The notes below the pieces were generated by a model that was not told the origin of the DNA, made no database searches, and saw only the letters and a program-made list of their open reading frames with translations. A stretch of 64,000 bases of DNA from Eledone cirrhosa (Eukaryota), in contig OZ024742.1 of assembly GCA_964016885.1 (NCBI GenBank), forward strand, positions 98,332,001 through 98,396,000, in the 5' to 3' direction. Shown piece by piece: positions 58,538 through 64,000 of this stretch; the stretch's first letter is position 1; each line of letters begins with the position of its first letter. A program made the translations under genes and the position numbers.

Positions 58538-60234
58538 ATGTTGTCAAGTCTAATACTTATTTAATCGATTTCATTGTCGCGTCACTAAGTTGCAGGATTT
58601 AAACAAACGTTAGTCAGACAATTACATACACAGAACCCCCCCCCCCCCCACACACACACACACATTATATATATATGTCTGTTTATGTATGTGTATGTAT
58701 AGTTGCTGTTTGTGTGTGTCTCGTAACTTAGAAGGTTGAAAAGAAAATCTTTAGCATAAGTATGAGATTTGGCAACAATTTTATCCTCTAAGTTCTCTTA
58801 CGGTCGTGTCCCATTGTGTTCTAAGTCTAATGCATGAAGAAAGTTAAAGATTAAAAGAATTACGAATAATTGAACACATCTGATTGTGTTTAACATCTTC
58901 ATGCATATCCTCTGCTAGATATATTGTTCAATCACTCCATTCCAGATCTAATTACATTATAGGTTCTTCGGCGCGTTTCTTATAAAATATGACTTTCAAA
59001 ATATTGAAACTGAACTACGATTTCATCTAACCTTCCATAAACGCTAAGGGCAATTGGTTCTCTTAATTTTCTTATTCCTAATATTAGAGTCAGACATTTA
59101 CTGACAGAACCGATAAAACGGCCGACCCGAGATTTTAAAATATTTACTACGTCGGTCAAATGCTTAGCAGCAGTTCTTTGGGATCTGTACGTTCAAATCC
59201 CGTCGATGTCATTTTTCCAATTTTGATAAAGTACCAGTCATATGCTGCGGGCGCTGTAACTGGCTTTTCTTTCACTCCAAAAATTGCTGGACTTTTGCCC
59301 CCAAAAAATCATTATTTAGTTAGTCAAGTGTTTAATCGGACAAATATTAATAACCCGACAGCTTAGGTGCCAACATTTTAAATATCTGATTTTTAAACTA
59401 CCAAGAAAATAATCACAGTTTCTATCTAAATGAATTTCGAATCCAGAATTGTAATATTGCTTCATAAATTAAGATAATTTGAAACTGGAAATCCTTGGAA
59501 GCAGGTGATGTTCTCCGTCAATCACTCAAATCAGTTGTACATAATTGAGAATGTAGCTGGATTTCATTTGTAGTGAAGGTTATAGAGAGCAGCATGACAT
59601 CGGTTCCAACGTTCATCTGAAGGTTAAAATAGTGCGGAGAAAGGTTCAAGTGGTAATTATATAGAAATAGAATCAAAGGTGAAAGATGTACGGTGAGAAC
59701 ATATATACTAACATACAATTACACAATCACATACCTACACGTTTTATATAGTTACAATGAGCTTGTAAACAAAAAAGGTAAGAGTTCAATCACTGCCAAC
59801 TGTTTCTTCCCATAGTAATATACCACAGACAGCAAATCATTTTATTTAATTATATATAGGAACTACCCACCTAGACATAAACTAATTTACACACATATGA
59901 TTAAACTCTCATTCTCAACCACACCTATTATAGTAGCACAATCATCCTTTCCAAACAATAAGAAAATAAAAAAAATACAACAAATCCTTTAAAATGAATA
60001 CATTTAATTAAATACATTCTATTAAATACATTAGATGAATACATTCAATAAATACATTCTATTAAATACGTGCAACCAAAATAACCCTTCAAATAATAAT
60101 ACAAATAACATAATCCCTGATAATATGAATAACATACAAATTACATCTAAATCTATAAATAATATTACCACCAGTAGCAACAGTAATATTCCAATTAATA
60201 GTATTATTATTATTATCTCTCACTCTAACTATGA

Positions 60235-60600
60235 TTAATCTACATTATAACTGTACCAATAAAACACTATGCCCACTTAGTCGTAATTGCTTAACTGATA
60301 ATATAGTATATCGTTGCACAGTTAACATATCTCGTCAGTCGGAATTTTAAACTGCAGATACCTCAAATAATTTCAAAAAAAGATTAAATTCTCATCATAT
60401 GTATTGATGTGGGAAATATTAGGTAAATCCTCCGAGTATAAACCTAACACTAGGGTATTTAAATTATGTTTTCTTGAATCTCAACTAATTATCAATTCTA
60501 AAGCTAACCTTTTAAATAAGAAATCAGAATTGTTTTCCAATTGCCCCCATAAAACCCTACAATCTTTTAACTATTACAGACCTAGTAATGTAAATTAACA
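60235..60600 (+). mobile_element. Third Penelope-like family: decayed GIY-YIG C-terminus
   Basis: NCTNKTLCPLSRNCLTDNIVYRCTV...FKKRLNSH...WEILGKSSEY...KLCFLESQLII...LLNKKSELFSNCPHK. An HHR-like remnant follows at ~60740-60830. Confidence 0.75.
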
Positions 60601-61238
60601 ACTTTTTACTTCAACTAATGTTTAACCTTATACTGAATCCTTATTAATGTTTATATAGATTATATGATACATTCGTTCAATTAATATACTATCTTTTCTA
60701 ACCTCTTCGTTTTGACCTTAATAATAAGTACTTAAATATAATTGCTGAAGATGTTTCATTCTATTCGGCGCCATAAGTTTGATAATTTCAGAGGATAAAT
60801 ATATATTAGATAGGCAGGAAAGCAATTAAATTCAACATTGTCTGCATACTTCAACTAGCAGTTAATTTTATGTTAAATTCAATGTATTGCAATAATCTAT
60901 AGGTAGTCTCCCACATTAATATATTGTAAAATATACTGATATATTATTAACAAAATATATAAATTTATTCAACATAATAGATTATATTATCTCATCTTAC
61001 CCCCTTTAGGTTTCAACTAAATTAATTATATTTCATTATAATGTATAAATGTTCTTGTATATCTCTCACACATATCTCTTCGCCATATATCAAATCTTTT
61101 CTAAATGTTTAACATAAAATAATTAGAAATAATATTTAGATACTGTAAAATTAAAAGTTTACTTTGTAACTTAATGCTGGTTCATCTCATTAAATACCCC
61201 CCCCCCCCCTTCACATGTGAAATAATATTTTGAAATAT

Positions 61239-61283
61239 TAATCTCTTCACGCCGACGTTTTATTTTTCTTGGTGCAATACTTG

Positions 61284-61325
<42 letters not shown>

Positions 61326-61370
61326 CAAGTATTGAACCAAGAAAAATAAAACGTCGGCGTGAAGAGATTA
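61239..61370. repeat. ~50-bp inverted arms around a (TA)n tract
   Basis: taatctcttcacgccgacgttttatttttcttggtgcaatacttgctta-(TA)n-reverse complement. Confidence 0.9.
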
Positions 61371-62082
61371 TGAATTCATTTGCTTTGACATATGTTTCCG
61401 TGTCTATTATATATTGTCTACATATGGTGATGTATATATATATATAAGTTTTCGACGTTTTCCGAAAAGAAGCTGTGCAATTCCGGCCGCTCCTTAGTCA
61501 ATGATATTACAAAATGTGTGTGTATTTATTACAAACTCATAATTCATAAACAATCCGTTATTAGTAAGAATTCGACAGCATGAAGGTCGTCAAAATTATA
61601 TATCGTACGAAGTAACGTTACCCATCTTATGAAGAGCATTCCCAGGTAGAACATAATAAAACATCATGAATAAAACTGTTTATAACAGAGCTCTCATTTT
61701 CCTTCATCCTTTCTTTGGAAATACTTGACTGTACCTACAGAGAGGGGGAGAGAGGGAAAAAGTACGTTTGCCTATTAAATCGCGCCAAATAAACTTTATT
61801 CAACTTAGACGTTAACATCAAGAGATAACAAAATTGCTGTGCAGTAACTGATTGAATTTCATTTCACAACATCAAAGACCAACTGTCAGGTTTCATTGAG
61901 GTATTTGAGACATTTGCATACTTCTAGTTAAATCCTTGATAAAATGTATGTATGTATGGACCCGTAAACTATGACGGAGTTGTAAATGCGCCGTGATGTC
62001 ATACGGCATGATTAAGGTTTTTTAAAGTTAGCAGGGCCCATCTCATCTACAGATGTGAAGAGTCTATTTCTCCCAGAAAAGG

Positions 62083-62132
<50 letters not shown>

Positions 62133-62286
62133 TTAAGTCGTTTGGAAGCCTCGACAATGCAAATGGGTAAATCTCCGGATAACAAGGTCCGGTGGTGGAG
62201 AGAGAGATGTAAGTGGGTGTACGTTGAGATGCGTGGTGTGTATAAGATGTGTAGAATGAAGGGAAGAGTAAAAGGATAAAAAAAAA

Positions 62287-62321
<35 letters not shown>

Positions 62322-64000
62322 GAGAGAGAGATAGGGGGCGGGAGGATAAGAAATCTTAATAGACAAATAATTGTTCCCTGCAACAGAATGGACAGGTGTT
62401 ATAAAATCGACCTCGAGACGATAAAAGTTACAGTTTACTTGGCTTGGAGTTGAACTCAGACTGCGCTGAAATCCACATTGAAAACCACAAAAGATTATAT
62501 CCGACGTTCCACCACCTCTCTTGATGACATAATACGAATATATCCAAAAGGATGCATTTTGTTTGAATTCCTAATATGACATACTGTTTATATCATAAAC
62601 TGATTTATTTAGTCCAGATGAGGACAGCAGCCCGAATAAATCAATTTATAATTATACGCTTAAGTAGTTCAGAGAGTATCTGACAGGCACACATCGTAAA
62701 TGTGTGTGTATGTGTTTACATGGTAAAATACAACTTTCACAAATAGGTGCTGTGATAGTTATTTCAATACAGCAGCACGTCTCATGTACTTATTCTATCT
62801 TCTTTCACCGTTTCTCCGTTTAAGTGAGGGTGTCTTAATGTCTATATCTCTCTCTTATCAATATTTCTTTCAAGACCTCAGTAAATCTTTAGACCGAACT
62901 CAATCCCATTCCAATTGCATGCTTTACCATTCCTCTTCTCCGGCCTCTATTTATTGTCTATTTCTGCCTAACACGTATAATCTGTTACATAGCAATAAAC
63001 TTAAATCTTAACTTTTCCTGATTCTCTCTCTCTTTATTATACACCATCACTCTCTCTCTGTACATATATATATACATATATATGTGTGTGTGCGTTTACT
63101 AGAGTTTATATCTCTCAACAACCATTTCACCTTACCGAAGAAAAGGAAAGGATCAGAGCGTGAGATCGAAACAGGGCAAGTATCTTACCATTAGTACTTT
63201 TTTTTCCTTTGTTAACACTATCTGCTATTTGCAACTCCTGGGAGAAGTAGCATCGTGTATCCATTGTCATAAGATATGATTCGAACTTGGAAAGCACAGA
63301 GCCAGAACAGATATTATAAAGCATCTCATTCAAATTGTAAACAACTTCACAAATAAACAACTTATGGACATGCACGTTATATATCACTAGCTAAAGACTA
63401 AAAGCAAACTTGATTTCGACGGGATTTAAAAGCAGAGAACCGTGACAAATACCAATGCACTCTGGACTGCCAATTCACTAAAAAGCTTTTTCCAATTCGC
63501 TCTCTTTTACTGGCTATTTGTCTCCACCTTCTGACAAAAGTTCAATAAACTGCACAAATATATAATCAGCTCCCACCCCTTTCTGACTACCTTCGTCCAT
63601 ATCAAAATCCCCCCCCCCCCATTCACACTCTGTCAATAAAAATTCAACACCTGTCTTTCAATTGCTGTCTCAATTTTCTTTAAGTTTCTCCTCCTACTGA
63701 TCCACATTATGCTCATCTTCAACTACAACTCTTCTCCCGACCGACACAGTATGCACGTAATTCTTCCAAACTACACCTGGTTATTTAATTGTTGTACTTT
63801 GCTGATATTTGTTTTCATTTTCGCCTTTACTCACACACATACAAACAACCATCTAAACACATACATATATACATGCATATATCACGCACATAAAAAGACA
63901 CATCTTAAATGGCTTTTTTGGCAAACATATCTTCATTTATTAGCTCGTGGATCAATTCTTAAAAGTACAAGAATACAACAAAGGTAGAAACAACAACAAC

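Overview
Repeat-saturated animal genomic DNA, probably intergenic or intronic. The SINE type and the density of (TA)n/(CA)n tracts suggest an octopus or other cephalopod, which is an inference. I found no credible host protein-coding exon, and most ORF-track entries are microsatellite artefacts. The window holds Tx1/L1-clade LINEs, R4/Dong-type RLE LINEs (one with an uninterrupted reading frame of about 920 codons), RTE, CR1 and Crack-like LINE remnants, MetaSINE-type tRNA SINEs, a non-autonomous Helitron and several Penelope-like elements (PLEs). The most striking signal is one the ORF track cannot show: about 25 type-I hammerhead ribozyme (HHR) motifs. About 15 are intact or near-intact and fall into at least 9 unrelated sequence families, and about 10 are decayed. 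Many sit in ORF-less fold-back (palindromic) units embedded in (TA)n. Several short palindromes are centred on what looks like hammerhead stem II, suggesting snap-back cDNA priming on the ribozyme hairpin. All structures were read by eye; no folding or database search was run.
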